Shown one piece after another: positions 41,671 through 51,760 of a stretch of 64,000 nucleotides of DNA; the first letter of the stretch is position 1; every line of letters starts with the position of its first letter. The translations under genes and the position numbers were made by a program. The stretch is from the NCBI GenBank assembly GCA_964525185.1, contig CAZGFQ010000001.1, forward strand, positions 29,486 to 93,485, in the 5' to 3' direction. The notes under the pieces were generated by a model that did not search any database, had not been told where the DNA came from, and saw only the letters and a list, made by a program, of their open reading frames with translations. Origin of the DNA: an uncultured bacterium. Lineage in GTDB: Bacteria; Fidelibacterota; Marinisomatia; Marinisomatales; UBA1611.

Positions 41671-43041
41671 TTGCTTGTGAAAGAACTTAAAAAATCTCGT
41701 TTAGACTCCTTTCTAAATAATCCTCCGAAAGCACTTTGGACCTTAGCAATTCCTGTTATGGCAGGAATGGGGATCCAAACACTTTATTCCATTGTTGATA
41801 TGATTTTTATTGGGCGCCTCGGAGGCGACTCTATCGCTGCTGTTGCATTTAATATGCCATTATTTTTCCTAGTGCTTGGATTAACGATGGGGTTAGGTTC
41901 TGGAGTAACAGCTTCGGTTGCTCGTTATATCGGTGCCAAAGATAAAAAGAATGCAGATAATAGTGCTGAACATGCTATTTTGTTAGGGTTAGCCATTAGT
42001 GTTGTTTTAACAACCCTTGGATTTTTATATGGTCAAGAAATGCTCATTAAGTTAGGAGCCACAGAATCCATTGTTGATTTATCATGGTCCTATTTAAAGA
42101 TTATTTGTTTTGGATTACCATTTATGGTTTTTTCTGCCTTCTTCAGATCTATATTAGCTGGCGAAGGTGATATGAAATTCCCCATGATGGTTGCAGGATT
42201 AGGTACTGTGTTAAATATTATATTTGATCCAATATTTATTTTTACTTTAAATCTTGGAGTTGCTGGTGCTGCTGTGGCAACGGTTATTAGCCAACTTATT
42301 GTATTTGCTGTATTTGTATATATGCTCTTTTTTAAAGATCATGCTTATATCACATTTAACCTAAAAGATTTTACATTTTCAAAATCGTTGTTAGGCGAAA
42401 TTATTAAAATTGGGTTACCAGCATCCATGTCCATGGTGATTATGGCAACAGGGCAAGCTGTATTTAATAAAATACTAATCCATTATAATGCTGAATCCGT
42501 TGCAGCCTACCAAGTGGCAGGACGATTGGATATGTTAGTCTTTTTACCCATTATGGCTATTGCACATGGATTAACTACATTAGTGGGTATGTTTTTTGGT
42601 GCCAAAGAAACGGATAAATTGAAAGAAATAGTAAAATATGGAATAACACGTTCTGTATTGGTAACTATTGGAACTTCATCAATTGTATATATTTTAGCTC
42701 CAACCTTAATTCGAACATTTACTCCAGAACCTAACATACAAAGTATAGCTATAAAATATTTAAGAATAATGGCTTTTGCCTATCCATTTGTTGCTGTTGC
42801 TATGGCAAGTGGACGCATTATGCAAGGATTAGGGAAAGGATTACCCATGCTAGTAATAACTGTTATCCGTGTCTTAATAGTATCATCTCTTTTATCATTA
42901 TATTTTGCTTTTATACTCGACAAACCTGTTGAATATGTATGGTATGCTATGGTGATTTCAACGTTTGTTTCTGCGACGATTAGTGTTACATGGGTACGGT
43001 CAGTGTTCAAAAAAACTGTTAATCCATTATTAGAGAAATAA
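41671..43041 (+). CDS. MATE-family efflux transporter
   Basis: It has a 12-TM profile and a MATE-like N-terminus (...ALWTLAIPVMAGMGIQTLYSIVDMIFIGRLG). The start is TTG or GTG. Confidence 0.85.
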   Translation: MLVKELKKSRLDSFLNNPPKALWTLAIPVMAGMGIQTLYSIVDMIFIGRLGGDSIAAVAFNMPLFFLVLGLTMGLGSGVTASVARYIGAKDKKNADNSAEHAILLGLAISVVLTTLGFLYGQEMLIKLGATESIVDLSWSYLKIICFGLPFMVFSAFFRSILAGEGDMKFPMMVAGLGTVLNIIFDPIFIFTLNLGVAGAAVATVISQLIVFAVFVYMLFFKDHAYITFNLKDFTFSKSLLGEIIKIGLPASMSMVIMATGQAVFNKILIHYNAESVAAYQVAGRLDMLVFLPIMAIAHGLTTLVGMFFGAKETDKLKEIVKYGITRSVLVTIGTSSIVYILAPTLIRTFTPEPNIQSIAIKYLRIMAFAYPFVAVAMASGRIMQGLGKGLPMLVITVIRVLIVSSLLSLYFAFILDKPVEYVWYAMVISTFVSATISVTWVRSVFKKTVNPLLEK

Positions 43042-43320
43042 GTGTCACTCGCTTCCAAACAAGAAATTCAATCTGCACTATCCACTTTAGATGGGTGGAA
43101 TTATCAAGAAGGAAAAATTTCAAAAGAATTATCATTTACTTCCTATATGAAGGGTATAGAATTTGTAAATACGCTTGCAATAAAGGCAGAAGAAGTTAAT
43201 CATCATCCCGATCTAGAAGTTGGTTGGTGTAAAGTAAAAGTGACGTATACATCTCATGATCAAGGGGGCGTGACTCACCAATGTATATCAATGGCAAAAA
43301 TGGTAGAAAACCTTATATAA
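43042..43320 (+). CDS. Pterin-4-alpha-carbinolamine dehydratase
   Basis: It carries ...FVN.LA..AE..NHHPD......V.V...SH..GG.T. The start is a GTG. Confidence 0.85.
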   Translation: MSLASKQEIQSALSTLDGWNYQEGKISKELSFTSYMKGIEFVNTLAIKAEEVNHHPDLEVGWCKVKVTYTSHDQGGVTHQCISMAKMVENLI

Positions 43321-43341
43321 ATTTGATAGTACGATATTAAG

Positions 43342-44268
43342 ATGGACACATTTATTGGACTTATTCAGGAAAGTATTAGTGGCATTGCACTTGGTTCAAT
43401 CTATGCACTTATTGCATTAGGGTTTACTCTCATTTATAAAGCTACTGAGGTCGTAAATTTTGCTCAGGGTGAATTAATGATGGTTGGTGCCTATATCAAT
43501 TTCTATTTTGTAACTACTTTTATGGCACAATCTGGTGAACCGACTATTGGTGTATTTTTTCTAGCATTTGCAGGTAGTATACTTTTTGCATTTGTATTTG
43601 GTTGGGTTTTAGATTGGGTCATTAATCGTCCGTTGAAAGATGAACCTATTTTTTCTGTAATAATGGCCACAATTAGTTTATCCATTATTCTTCGAGCCCT
43701 CGTTGCAATGATAGCTGGTCCCATGAGTTTAATTCCATATTCACCTTTTGGAAATAAAGTATTATCGTTAAATGGAATCATTATATCTGCATTGGATTTA
43801 TCAATCATAATAAGCGCCATCATTCTTGTTGTCATATTTTATTATTTTTTCAATAATACGAAGTGGGGTGTTGCAATGCAGGCAACATCGGAAGATCCTA
43901 TAGCCGCACAACTCATGGGAATTCCTGTTAAACGTGTTTATGGCCTTGTTTGGATATTTTCTGCACTTGTTGCCACCATAAGTGGAATATTGTTAGCGCC
44001 TCGTATGTCTTTATTAGATACTTCCATGGGCTTTTTGGGTCTAAAAGCATTTCCTGCTGCTGTTTTAGGCGGTTTTGGTTCTATTGCTGGTGCCATAGTG
44101 GGCGGTATTATTATGGGAGTCATAGAAACCATAAGCATGGGAACATTGTCTTTCCATTTTGAATGGATAAAAGAAATGAATGATATTATTGTATGGATTG
44201 TATTGATTGCAGTTTTAATGGTTAAACCGGATGGTTTATTTGGCGAAGAAAAGGTAAAAAAAGTCTAA
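43342..44268 (+). CDS. Branched-chain-amino-acid-type ABC transporter permease (LivH-like)
   Basis: The N-terminus is LivH-like (...GSIYALIALGFTLIYKATEVVNFAQGE) and the profile is multi-TM. Confidence 0.9.
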   Translation: MDTFIGLIQESISGIALGSIYALIALGFTLIYKATEVVNFAQGELMMVGAYINFYFVTTFMAQSGEPTIGVFFLAFAGSILFAFVFGWVLDWVINRPLKDEPIFSVIMATISLSIILRALVAMIAGPMSLIPYSPFGNKVLSLNGIIISALDLSIIISAIILVVIFYYFFNNTKWGVAMQATSEDPIAAQLMGIPVKRVYGLVWIFSALVATISGILLAPRMSLLDTSMGFLGLKAFPAAVLGGFGSIAGAIVGGIIMGVIETISMGTLSFHFEWIKEMNDIIVWIVLIAVLMVKPDGLFGEEKVKKV

Positions 44269-45299
44269 TGAAGGGGCGCTACGAAGACGAAAACCTATCC
44301 TGGATACCCATTTTAATTATTGGCATTTTCCTTCTTCCATTTATGTTGAAAGGAATAACCTTTAGTTATAAATATTATTTATTTGTATTAAATATGGCTG
44401 GGATTTATATCATTTTGACGGTTGGACTTGATTTATTAAGTGGCTATACAGGCCTCATATCATTGGGACACGCAGCCTTTTTAGCTATTGGTGCATATAC
44501 GTCAGCCATCCTGGTAGATCAGGTTGGAATTCCATTTATTTTATCGTTAGTGATTTCCCCATTAATCGTGGGAATTTTTGGATTTTTAATTGGGTTTCCT
44601 GCATTAAGAATAACAGGTATGTATCTTGGATTAACCACAATGGGCTTTGGGTTTATTGTAAAACGACTTATAATTGCATTAAGAGTATGGACGCAAGGTG
44701 CAGGAGGTTTAGAAGTATCTCCACCAACCATTTTTGGATTCACATTTAATTCGGATTGGGATAATTATTTTCTCATTTTCACATGTGCCATAATTGCTGT
44801 TGTTGTTGGCCGACGAATCGGAAAATCAAAAATTGGACGTGCTTTTATGGCTATACGTGATTCCGAACAAGCAGCGGAAGCAACGGGTGTTCATTTAGCT
44901 AAATATAAAATGTTAGCCTTTTTCATATCAGGTGTATTTGCTGGATTTGCCGGAGTTTTATTTGCACACACAAGCCATTTTATTTCCACAGATCATTTTG
45001 ATATTTTATTATCCATTTATTTTATCATTATGATTCTTGTAGGCGGTGTAAGCTCAATTTATGGAGCAGTATTAGGAACACTTTTTATTGTTTTATTAGA
45101 CTATTTATTTGTACCAGAATTAAAAGATTTAATTCATGGCGTTTTAAATATAGAAGGAGGTGATATACAATCACTTCTGTTTGGGCTCATTATGTTTTTA
45201 TTTATCATATTTCAACCAACAGGATTATATGGGATGTGGATTAAAATGAAAATATATTGGAAATTATTCCCCTTTAACCCGAAGAAAAGACTTATTTAA
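44268..45299 (+). CDS. Branched-chain-amino-acid-type ABC transporter permease (LivM-like)
   Basis: It carries GYTGLISLGHAAFLAIGAY (LivM-like). A TAATG overlap links it to the upstream gene. Confidence 0.9.
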   Translation: MKGRYEDENLSWIPILIIGIFLLPFMLKGITFSYKYYLFVLNMAGIYIILTVGLDLLSGYTGLISLGHAAFLAIGAYTSAILVDQVGIPFILSLVISPLIVGIFGFLIGFPALRITGMYLGLTTMGFGFIVKRLIIALRVWTQGAGGLEVSPPTIFGFTFNSDWDNYFLIFTCAIIAVVVGRRIGKSKIGRAFMAIRDSEQAAEATGVHLAKYKMLAFFISGVFAGFAGVLFAHTSHFISTDHFDILLSIYFIIMILVGGVSSIYGAVLGTLFIVLLDYLFVPELKDLIHGVLNIEGGDIQSLLFGLIMFLFIIFQPTGLYGMWIKMKIYWKLFPFNPKKRLI

Positions 45300-45319
45300 T
45301 GAATAACCAAGGAGGTATC

Positions 45320-46486
45320 ATGAAAAAAGCAACTGGATTATTTATCCTAATGGGACTATTGGTCGTGGGATGCGGAAATCGCGCATCAGCACCAGGTGTT
45401 TCTGAGGATAAAATATTAATTGGAAATGTCCAGGATTTAAGTGGACCGATGAAGGAACTAGGTGCAGTTTTGCCTGCCGGTTCAAATCTCTATTTTCGAT
45501 ATGTAAACGAAAATGGTGGTGTTCACGGTCGTCAAATCGAAATGAAAGTGGAGGACCATCAGTATAATCCACAAAAAGCTGTGGCAGCTGCAAAGAAATT
45601 GATTGAGAAAGATCAAGTTTTTTGCCTGTTCCAAGTGATTGGAACATCGCCGTGTGAAGCTATTCGACCCATTTTAGCTGAATCAGGCACGCCGCTTGTG
45701 GCACCTGCAACACAGTCTGGATCCATGTCGGATATGTCTCGTGAAGCGGCAGATCTTATTTTCCATACAGATACGGGCTATGACAAACAGACTAGAATTC
45801 TTGTGGATAATATTCTTGTAGATGATGTGAATGCTAAAATTGGCCTTATTTACCAAGATGATGATTATGGCGAAAATGTTTTGAAAGGTGCAGCTGTTGC
45901 GGAAGCAAATACAGGTGCAGCTATTCAAAAAGAAGCTTACCAACGTGGCGCAACAGATTTTGCGGGTCAAGTAGCCAATTTAATGAAAGGTGGGGCCACT
46001 CATGTCATTATTGCTGGTGTGGTGAAGGAACCTATCATTGTAATGAAAACCGCAGCAGCGATGGGATATGCTCCTAAGTTTTATGGAACAAGCCCAACGA
46101 TGGATCATAGAGTTTCATTAGCAGCAGGGCCAGCAGGAGAAGGATTTACATCTGCTAATTTTGCAAGTTTGTGGAATTCTGATGCTGAAGCGGCAGTACT
46201 TTACCGTGAACTTTGTGAAAAGTATGAAGTGCCAGAACCATATATGGGTATGTACCATTTTTATGGTTTTATTACAGCTCAAGTATTAGTAGAAGGATTA
46301 GAACGTGCTGGACAATACCCAACCCGCGAACGTCTAGTGAATGGACTTGAAACATTAAACAATTGGGACGGTGGAGCATTTCCACCAATTACATACAGTC
46401 AAACGGATCATGCTGGTACAGAATCTGTGATTCTTGTAAAAGTTAAAGATGGTGTTCAAACTGTTATAACTGATTGGATCGAATAG
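45320..46486 (+). CDS. Periplasmic substrate-binding lipoprotein (LivK/type-I PBP-like)
   Basis: The ATG at 45320 has a GGAGG 5 nt upstream. The lipobox is LLVVGCGN, and the fold is type-I PBP-like. Confidence 0.85.
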   Translation: MKKATGLFILMGLLVVGCGNRASAPGVSEDKILIGNVQDLSGPMKELGAVLPAGSNLYFRYVNENGGVHGRQIEMKVEDHQYNPQKAVAAAKKLIEKDQVFCLFQVIGTSPCEAIRPILAESGTPLVAPATQSGSMSDMSREAADLIFHTDTGYDKQTRILVDNILVDDVNAKIGLIYQDDDYGENVLKGAAVAEANTGAAIQKEAYQRGATDFAGQVANLMKGGATHVIIAGVVKEPIIVMKTAAAMGYAPKFYGTSPTMDHRVSLAAGPAGEGFTSANFASLWNSDAEAAVLYRELCEKYEVPEPYMGMYHFYGFITAQVLVEGLERAGQYPTRERLVNGLETLNNWDGGAFPPITYSQTDHAGTESVILVKVKDGVQTVITDWIE

Positions 46487-46504
46487 AGTTAAAATATATC
46501 TGAA

Positions 46505-46535
46505 GAAGACCCTGGGGAACCAGGGTCTTCTTTAA
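46505..46535 (+). terminator. Strong hairpin + T-tract between the binding-protein gene and the ATPase genes (intra-operon terminator/attenuator)
   Basis: GAAGACCCTGG (46505..46515) pairs with CCAGGGTCTTC (46520..46530) around a GGAA loop, followed by TTTAAT. Confidence 0.6.
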
Positions 46536-46539
46536 TATT

Positions 46540-47301
46540 ATGGCTGACCTAAATATAAATAATCTTCGAATGCAGTTTTCCGGCGTTGTGGCGTTGGATG
46601 ATGTTTCATTATCGGTGAATGGAGGAGAAATATTTTCTCTCATTGGATCAAACGGTTCGGGAAAATCAACAATGTTTAATTGTATTAATGGATTTAATCG
46701 CCCTCAAAAGGGGACCATTGAATTTGATAATATTAATTTATTAACAAAGCAACCTCATGAAATTATTCAAAGTGGTATTGCTAGAACATTTCAAAATATT
46801 CAAAATATTCCTTTCATGACCGTATTGGATAATATTTTGCTTGGTGCTCATCATCGTATTGACCCAAAGGCTACAATAAAAAGGTGGTTGAGTCGAAGTC
46901 AAAGAGAAGCTGAAGAAGCAATGGGGCTAGAGATATTAGATTTTTTAGGGATTGTGAATTATGAACAAAAATACATGACGGGCCAACCTTATGGTATTCA
47001 AAAATTAACCGAAATAGCGCGCGCATTAGTAGGAAAACCAAAATTAATACTTATGGATGAACCTGCTGCAGGGATGAATGATCAGGAAACGCATGAAATA
47101 GCCAAAATAATTTCTGAAATCAGGGATGAACTCGGTATTACTGTTCTTGTTGTGGAACATGATATGAGTCTTGTTATGAGTATTTCTGATCGTGTTTGTG
47201 CTCTCGATTCTGGAAAAATATTAGCTATGGGTAAACCAGATGATGTTAAAAATCACCCTGATGTGATTAAAGCATTCTTAGGAGATTCTGACGATGCTTA
47301 A
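46540..47301 (+). CDS. ABC transporter ATP-binding protein (LivG-like)
   Basis: It has Walker A GSNGSGKST, a signature-like QPYGIQKL and Walker B LILMDEPAAG. Confidence 0.9.
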   Translation: MADLNINNLRMQFSGVVALDDVSLSVNGGEIFSLIGSNGSGKSTMFNCINGFNRPQKGTIEFDNINLLTKQPHEIIQSGIARTFQNIQNIPFMTVLDNILLGAHHRIDPKATIKRWLSRSQREAEEAMGLEILDFLGIVNYEQKYMTGQPYGIQKLTEIARALVGKPKLILMDEPAAGMNDQETHEIAKIISEIRDELGITVLVVEHDMSLVMSISDRVCALDSGKILAMGKPDDVKNHPDVIKAFLGDSDDA

Positions 47302-48037
47302 ACTGGTTGGTGTAGAAACATATTATGGTAAAGTAAAGGCCCTTCATGGTGTTTCTCTTGAAGTAAAAAAAGGACAGTTGGTTACAATTCTTGGAGCAAA
47401 TGGTGCAGGGAAAACGACCATCTTGAAAACCATTAGCGGTTTAGTAGAACCCGAGCAAGGAACGATTCATTTTGAAGAGAAACGTATTGATAGATTGGAT
47501 CCAGAAAAAATCGTATCAATGGGAATTGGGCACGTACCTGAATGGAGACGAATCTTTCCGGAGTTAACGGTTGAAGAAAATTTATTCATGGGCGGGTTTC
47601 TCATAAAAGAAAAAGACCTTTTGTATGATCGAATGCAGGAAGCATTTCGCCATTTTCCAATTCTAGAAAAACGAAAAGATCAAAAAGCAGGAACAATGAG
47701 TGGAGGGGAGCAACAAATGTTGGCTATTTCTCGTGCTCTCATGATAAAACCCAAATTATTATTGTTAGACGAACCTTCACTTGGTTTATCCCCTTTATTG
47801 GTGCAAGATATATTTGCTACTATCAAAGAGTTGCATAAATCTGGAGTTACCATATTGCTGGTGGAACAAAATGTAAATCGTGCTTTATCCATTGCAGATT
47901 ATGGGTATGTATTAACGACAGGTAAAATATTCTTAAGTGGAACATATGAAGAATTATTAGATGAAGAAAAAGTACGTGAACAATATTTAGGCGAAGGCAA
48001 ATATGTAAGACGATCTAAATTGTGGAGTGGCGGGTAA
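47294..48037 (+). CDS. ABC transporter ATP-binding protein (LivF-like)
   Basis: It has Walker A GANGAGKTT, the signature MSGGEQQ and Walker B LLLLDEPS. Confidence 0.9.
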   Translation: MLKLVGVETYYGKVKALHGVSLEVKKGQLVTILGANGAGKTTILKTISGLVEPEQGTIHFEEKRIDRLDPEKIVSMGIGHVPEWRRIFPELTVEENLFMGGFLIKEKDLLYDRMQEAFRHFPILEKRKDQKAGTMSGGEQQMLAISRALMIKPKLLLLDEPSLGLSPLLVQDIFATIKELHKSGVTILLVEQNVNRALSIADYGYVLTTGKIFLSGTYEELLDEEKVREQYLGEGKYVRRSKLWSGG

Positions 48038-49869
48038 TGATAGACCTTACAATCTATAATACAGTTCCAAAATTATTTTGGTATCACGTTGAAAATAATG
48101 GCGACAAAATATCCATTTGGAGAAAAGAAAAAGGATTATGGGAATCCAAAACGTGGGCAGAATATGGTGAATATGTAAAAGATATCGCAAATGCACTACT
48201 TGATGCAGGGGTTCAGCGTGGCGATAAAGTATCCATTATTAGTTTAACTCGTTATGAGTGGGTGGTTGTTGATTTAGCAATTATGTCCGTTGGTGCAGTG
48301 ACTGCTCCAGTGTACCCATCAAATACAGAAGAACAGGTACAGTATATTGTTGAGCACAGCCAATCCAAATTTGTCTTTGGGGAAGATCAAGAACAATTAG
48401 ATAAAATGATAGACATTTGGCCCAATTTACCAGAAGTGGCTCAATTGGTAATTTTTGATAAATATGTTCCAAAAGAAATAGATCATGTAATGACTTTGGG
48501 CTCTTTTCGAGAAAAAGGAAAAATTTATGGTGAACAAAATCCGGATGAATTAAAAAATAGAATAAACGAGGGTGACCCAGAAGATTTGATTAGTTTTATT
48601 TATACTTCCGGAACGACTGGGAACCCCAAAGCTGGAATGATTAATAGCCGAAATGTATTAGCTGTTGTGAAACATTTACCTACTATTTATGGAATTTCCG
48701 AAAATGATACATCGATAGCTTATTTACCTTTATCACATATTGCAGAACGTGATTTAGGACATTTTATGAAATTATGTTCTGGAAATATTACAATATTTGC
48801 AGAATCTCTAGAAGATATGGCGGCCAATTTACGACAGACCGGGCCAACAATTATGTTTGGGACGCCTCGTGTATTTGAAAAATTTTATGCTAGAATTAGC
48901 TCTGGCGTAAAGGATGCAACATGGTTACAAAAAACTATATTTAATTGGGCGATAGATGTGGGGAAGCAATACACTCATAAAAAAGATGATGGGGACTCTC
49001 CTTCACTGTATTTAAAATGGAAACATGTCATTGCCCATTTTCTTATTTTCCAAAAGGTACACGATATATTTGGTGGAAATATCCGATTTATGATTTCAGG
49101 TGCCGCACCCATTTCTCCAAATATTGTCCATTTTTTCCATTGGGTTGGCTTGGATATTTATGAAGTATATGGCATGACAGAAACGACCGGGTTAATTTCG
49201 GCCAATCAAATGGGAAGAGCAAAAATTGGTTCTGTTGGTGAAATATATTTGGATACAGAAGTCAAAATTGCTGAAGATGGGGAAATCTGTTCACGTGGGC
49301 CACAAAATATATCTGGCTATTATCGAAATGAAGATGCTACAAATGAATTATTAGTAAAAGATGATGAAGGAAACGAATGGCTTCATACTGGCGATGTAGG
49401 ACATATTGATGAAGATGGATACTTGTTTATCACCGATAGGAAGAAGGATTTGATTATTACCGCAGGTGGAAAAAATGTTGCTCCCCAAAATATAGAGAAT
49501 CTGATGAAAACAAGTGCCTATATTTCCCAAACCATGGTTTACGGTGACCGTAAACCATATTTAACGATGCTCCTTACTTTGGATGAAGATGAAATTGCAA
49601 AATTTGCAAGAGATCGAAAAATATTATATCAAGATTTAGCTGATTTATCCAAGAAGCAAGAAGTAATAGATTTGCTTCACCATGAAATTTCTACATTAAA
49701 TAAAGAATTAGCTAGTTATGAGTCCATTAAAAAATTCCATATTCTTGAAGAAGAATTGGATCAAGATAAAGATGAAGTAACACCAACTCTCAAGGTAAAA
49801 AGAAAAGTGGTTATTGCCAATTATCAATCATGTATTGATCAAATGTATGGCTCATCAAAAAGTGATTAA
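48037..49869 (+). CDS. Long-chain acyl-CoA synthetase (AMP-forming)
   Basis: It carries YTSGTTGNPKG, YGMTET, WLHTGD, DRKKD and TPTLKVKRK. The ATG at 48037 overlaps the upstream stop (TAATG); the track start is a GTG. Confidence 0.9.
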   Translation: MIDLTIYNTVPKLFWYHVENNGDKISIWRKEKGLWESKTWAEYGEYVKDIANALLDAGVQRGDKVSIISLTRYEWVVVDLAIMSVGAVTAPVYPSNTEEQVQYIVEHSQSKFVFGEDQEQLDKMIDIWPNLPEVAQLVIFDKYVPKEIDHVMTLGSFREKGKIYGEQNPDELKNRINEGDPEDLISFIYTSGTTGNPKAGMINSRNVLAVVKHLPTIYGISENDTSIAYLPLSHIAERDLGHFMKLCSGNITIFAESLEDMAANLRQTGPTIMFGTPRVFEKFYARISSGVKDATWLQKTIFNWAIDVGKQYTHKKDDGDSPSLYLKWKHVIAHFLIFQKVHDIFGGNIRFMISGAAPISPNIVHFFHWVGLDIYEVYGMTETTGLISANQMGRAKIGSVGEIYLDTEVKIAEDGEICSRGPQNISGYYRNEDATNELLVKDDEGNEWLHTGDVGHIDEDGYLFITDRKKDLIITAGGKNVAPQNIENLMKTSAYISQTMVYGDRKPYLTMLLTLDEDEIAKFARDRKILYQDLADLSKKQEVIDLLHHEISTLNKELASYESIKKFHILEEELDQDKDEVTPTLKVKRKVVIANYQSCIDQMYGSSKSD

Positions 49870-50300
49870 TCTATATCTTTTTTAAAGTGTGTCGCACGAC
49901 GAGCGATTGAAAATCCGACTTTTTCGTGCGCCTGAATACTGAGCGGATAATCTTGAGTTGTATCCGAAGCCATTTCGGTACATCCATTTTCTTTTGCCCA
50001 CAACTCAGCCTGATTGTATAACGCCACTCCGAAACCGTTTCCTTGATAATTAGGTTTCACATACCACCCTTCCACATAACCTATTTTATTTGATTTACAG
50101 CCTATTGCTTTTTCTTTAATGGATAAATCTAAAAAGCCTATAGGAATCGAATTTTTATAATAGATCCAACTTATTTGTTTAGGATCTTGAAGTGCTTTTT
50201 TACAATCAGGTAAAAGTTCATCGACAGTATGCATTGGCCATAATTCTGCTTGGAGAGATACAAGAGTGTTTAGAGCAACGATTTGAACTTCTTTAATCAT
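49866..50300 (-). CDS. GNAT-family N-acetyltransferase (AAC(6')-like sequence features)
   Basis: The core is WYVKPNYQGNGFGVALYNQAELWAKENGCTEMASD. The preferred start is the ATG at 50300. Confidence 0.7.
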   Translation of the reverse strand: MIKEVQIVALNTLVSLQAELWPMHTVDELLPDCKKALQDPKQISWIYYKNSIPIGFLDLSIKEKAIGCKSNKIGYVEGWYVKPNYQGNGFGVALYNQAELWAKENGCTEMASDTTQDYPLSIQAHEKVGFSIARRATHFKKDID

Positions 50301-50303
50301 CAA

Positions 50304-51341
50304 TTAACTATCTGAATTGTTTAATTTATTCTCTAATGTGAGAAATGACTGTTTAAAATGATGAATCATACCCATCTTTGTTTCAATTGATTGTAAGCTG
50401 GCTTGAATTCCATTTAATACGAGATGTTTTATTATTTTAATATTGAATTGGAATGTATCTACAATGTTTAAATATTCATCAGTCAAGGTTGTGCCAAACA
50501 TAGGAGGATCATCTGAATTAATTGTGATGCATAATCCTTCTTCTAATAATTGAGGTAATGGATGTTTGTCAAATGATTCGACGACTCCAAGTTTTACATT
50601 GCTTGTTGGGCAAACTTCTAATGGTATTTGATGATCTCTCAAGTATTGGACTAATTCTGGATCTTTAATACAACGAACACCATGACCAATTCGAATGGCA
50701 TGAAGTGAATTTAAGGATCCCCAAATACTTTTGGGACCTTCCGTTTCACCTGCATGAGGAACACTGGCTAAATCGAATTTTTTTGCCCTTCGAAAAATAG
50801 ATTCAAATAATTCTGGTGGATGTCCAATTTCTGGTCCCCCTAACCCAAGTGCGACTATTCCATTTTCCATATTACGAATTGCCCAATTGACTAACTCCAT
50901 TCCTTCATCTATATCTCTTTTTTCACGCGACATATCAGGAATAAGACGTAATGTTACACCTAATTCTTTTTCTGCATCAAACCGGGCTTTATTTATGGCA
51001 TTTAATTGATCGTCTAAGGACACCTTATGCTTGTGGTCCAATGGGGTAAAAGTCACTTCAGAATATTGAATATTTTGTCGAGCTTGATTCGTTAAAAAAT
51101 CTCTACTAATTAACTCAAAATCTTCCGGTGTTTGTAAACATTCACCGATGATTCTATAAATATCAATAAAATGATTAAAATCTGTAAATGAATACCATTT
51201 TTCTATATCATCTAATGTAGTTACGGGGATGGATACATTATTTTTTTCTGAGAGCTTAAGAAGTGTTTTGGGTTGAATAGACCCTTCCAAATGCACATGC
51301 AATTCTACCTTTGGCATTTCACGAATAAATGAGTGAAGCAT
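50304..51341 (-). CDS. add: Adenosine deaminase
   Basis: It carries ELHVHLEGS, ...HAGE... and NSDDP metal/catalytic motifs. Confidence 0.9.
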   Translation of the reverse strand: MLHSFIREMPKVELHVHLEGSIQPKTLLKLSEKNNVSIPVTTLDDIEKWYSFTDFNHFIDIYRIIGECLQTPEDFELISRDFLTNQARQNIQYSEVTFTPLDHKHKVSLDDQLNAINKARFDAEKELGVTLRLIPDMSREKRDIDEGMELVNWAIRNMENGIVALGLGGPEIGHPPELFESIFRRAKKFDLASVPHAGETEGPKSIWGSLNSLHAIRIGHGVRCIKDPELVQYLRDHQIPLEVCPTSNVKLGVVESFDKHPLPQLLEEGLCITINSDDPPMFGTTLTDEYLNIVDTFQFNIKIIKHLVLNGIQASLQSIETKMGMIHHFKQSFLTLENKLNNSDS

Positions 51342-51343
51342 AT

Positions 51344-51760
51344 TTATAATTCTTTTCTAAAAAAGATTTCACCTATTCCATTATCATTTATATTGGATAA
51401 TAAACCCAATTCTTTAAAGCCAATATGTTTATGCCAAGCTTGAGGTTCAGGTTCATTTTCCATGGATGAACTAATGTAATATGTATGCTCATGTAATTTT
51501 AATACATCTTCAAGGAATGATAATAATTCTTTTCCAATTCCTTGTTTTCGGTATCTACTTTTAACCATGATTAAAGATAAGAAAGGTAAGTGTCCCCACA
51601 TAAGCTCATATCGTATATGCCCAACATGCTTTCCGTCAAATACTGCAACCATAATGTGTCGGGACCGAATTTGATGCATTAAAACGTCATCTTTTAACGG
51701 ATGTTGCCAATGGAGATATTCAAAGTCTGATTCTTCCGCAAATCGAACAGATATGTTCAT
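51344..51760 (-). CDS. GNAT-family acetyltransferase
   Basis: It carries SRYRKQGIGKELLSFLE. The ATG at 51760 overlaps the upstream TAA (TAATG); the longer track ORF overlaps the SDR gene. Confidence 0.7.
   Translation of the reverse strand: MNISVRFAEESDFEYLHWQHPLKDDVLMHQIRSRHIMVAVFDGKHVGHIRYELMWGHLPFLSLIMVKSRYRKQGIGKELLSFLEDVLKLHEHTYYISSSMENEPEPQAWHKHIGFKELGLLSNINDNGIGEIFFRKEL

Noticed and set aside
49866-50300. AAC(6')-like GNAT as an aminoglycoside-resistance determinant
   Set aside because: Only general GNAT/AAC(6')-like sequence features were recognised from memory, with no mobile context. The substrate cannot be inferred without a database comparison.
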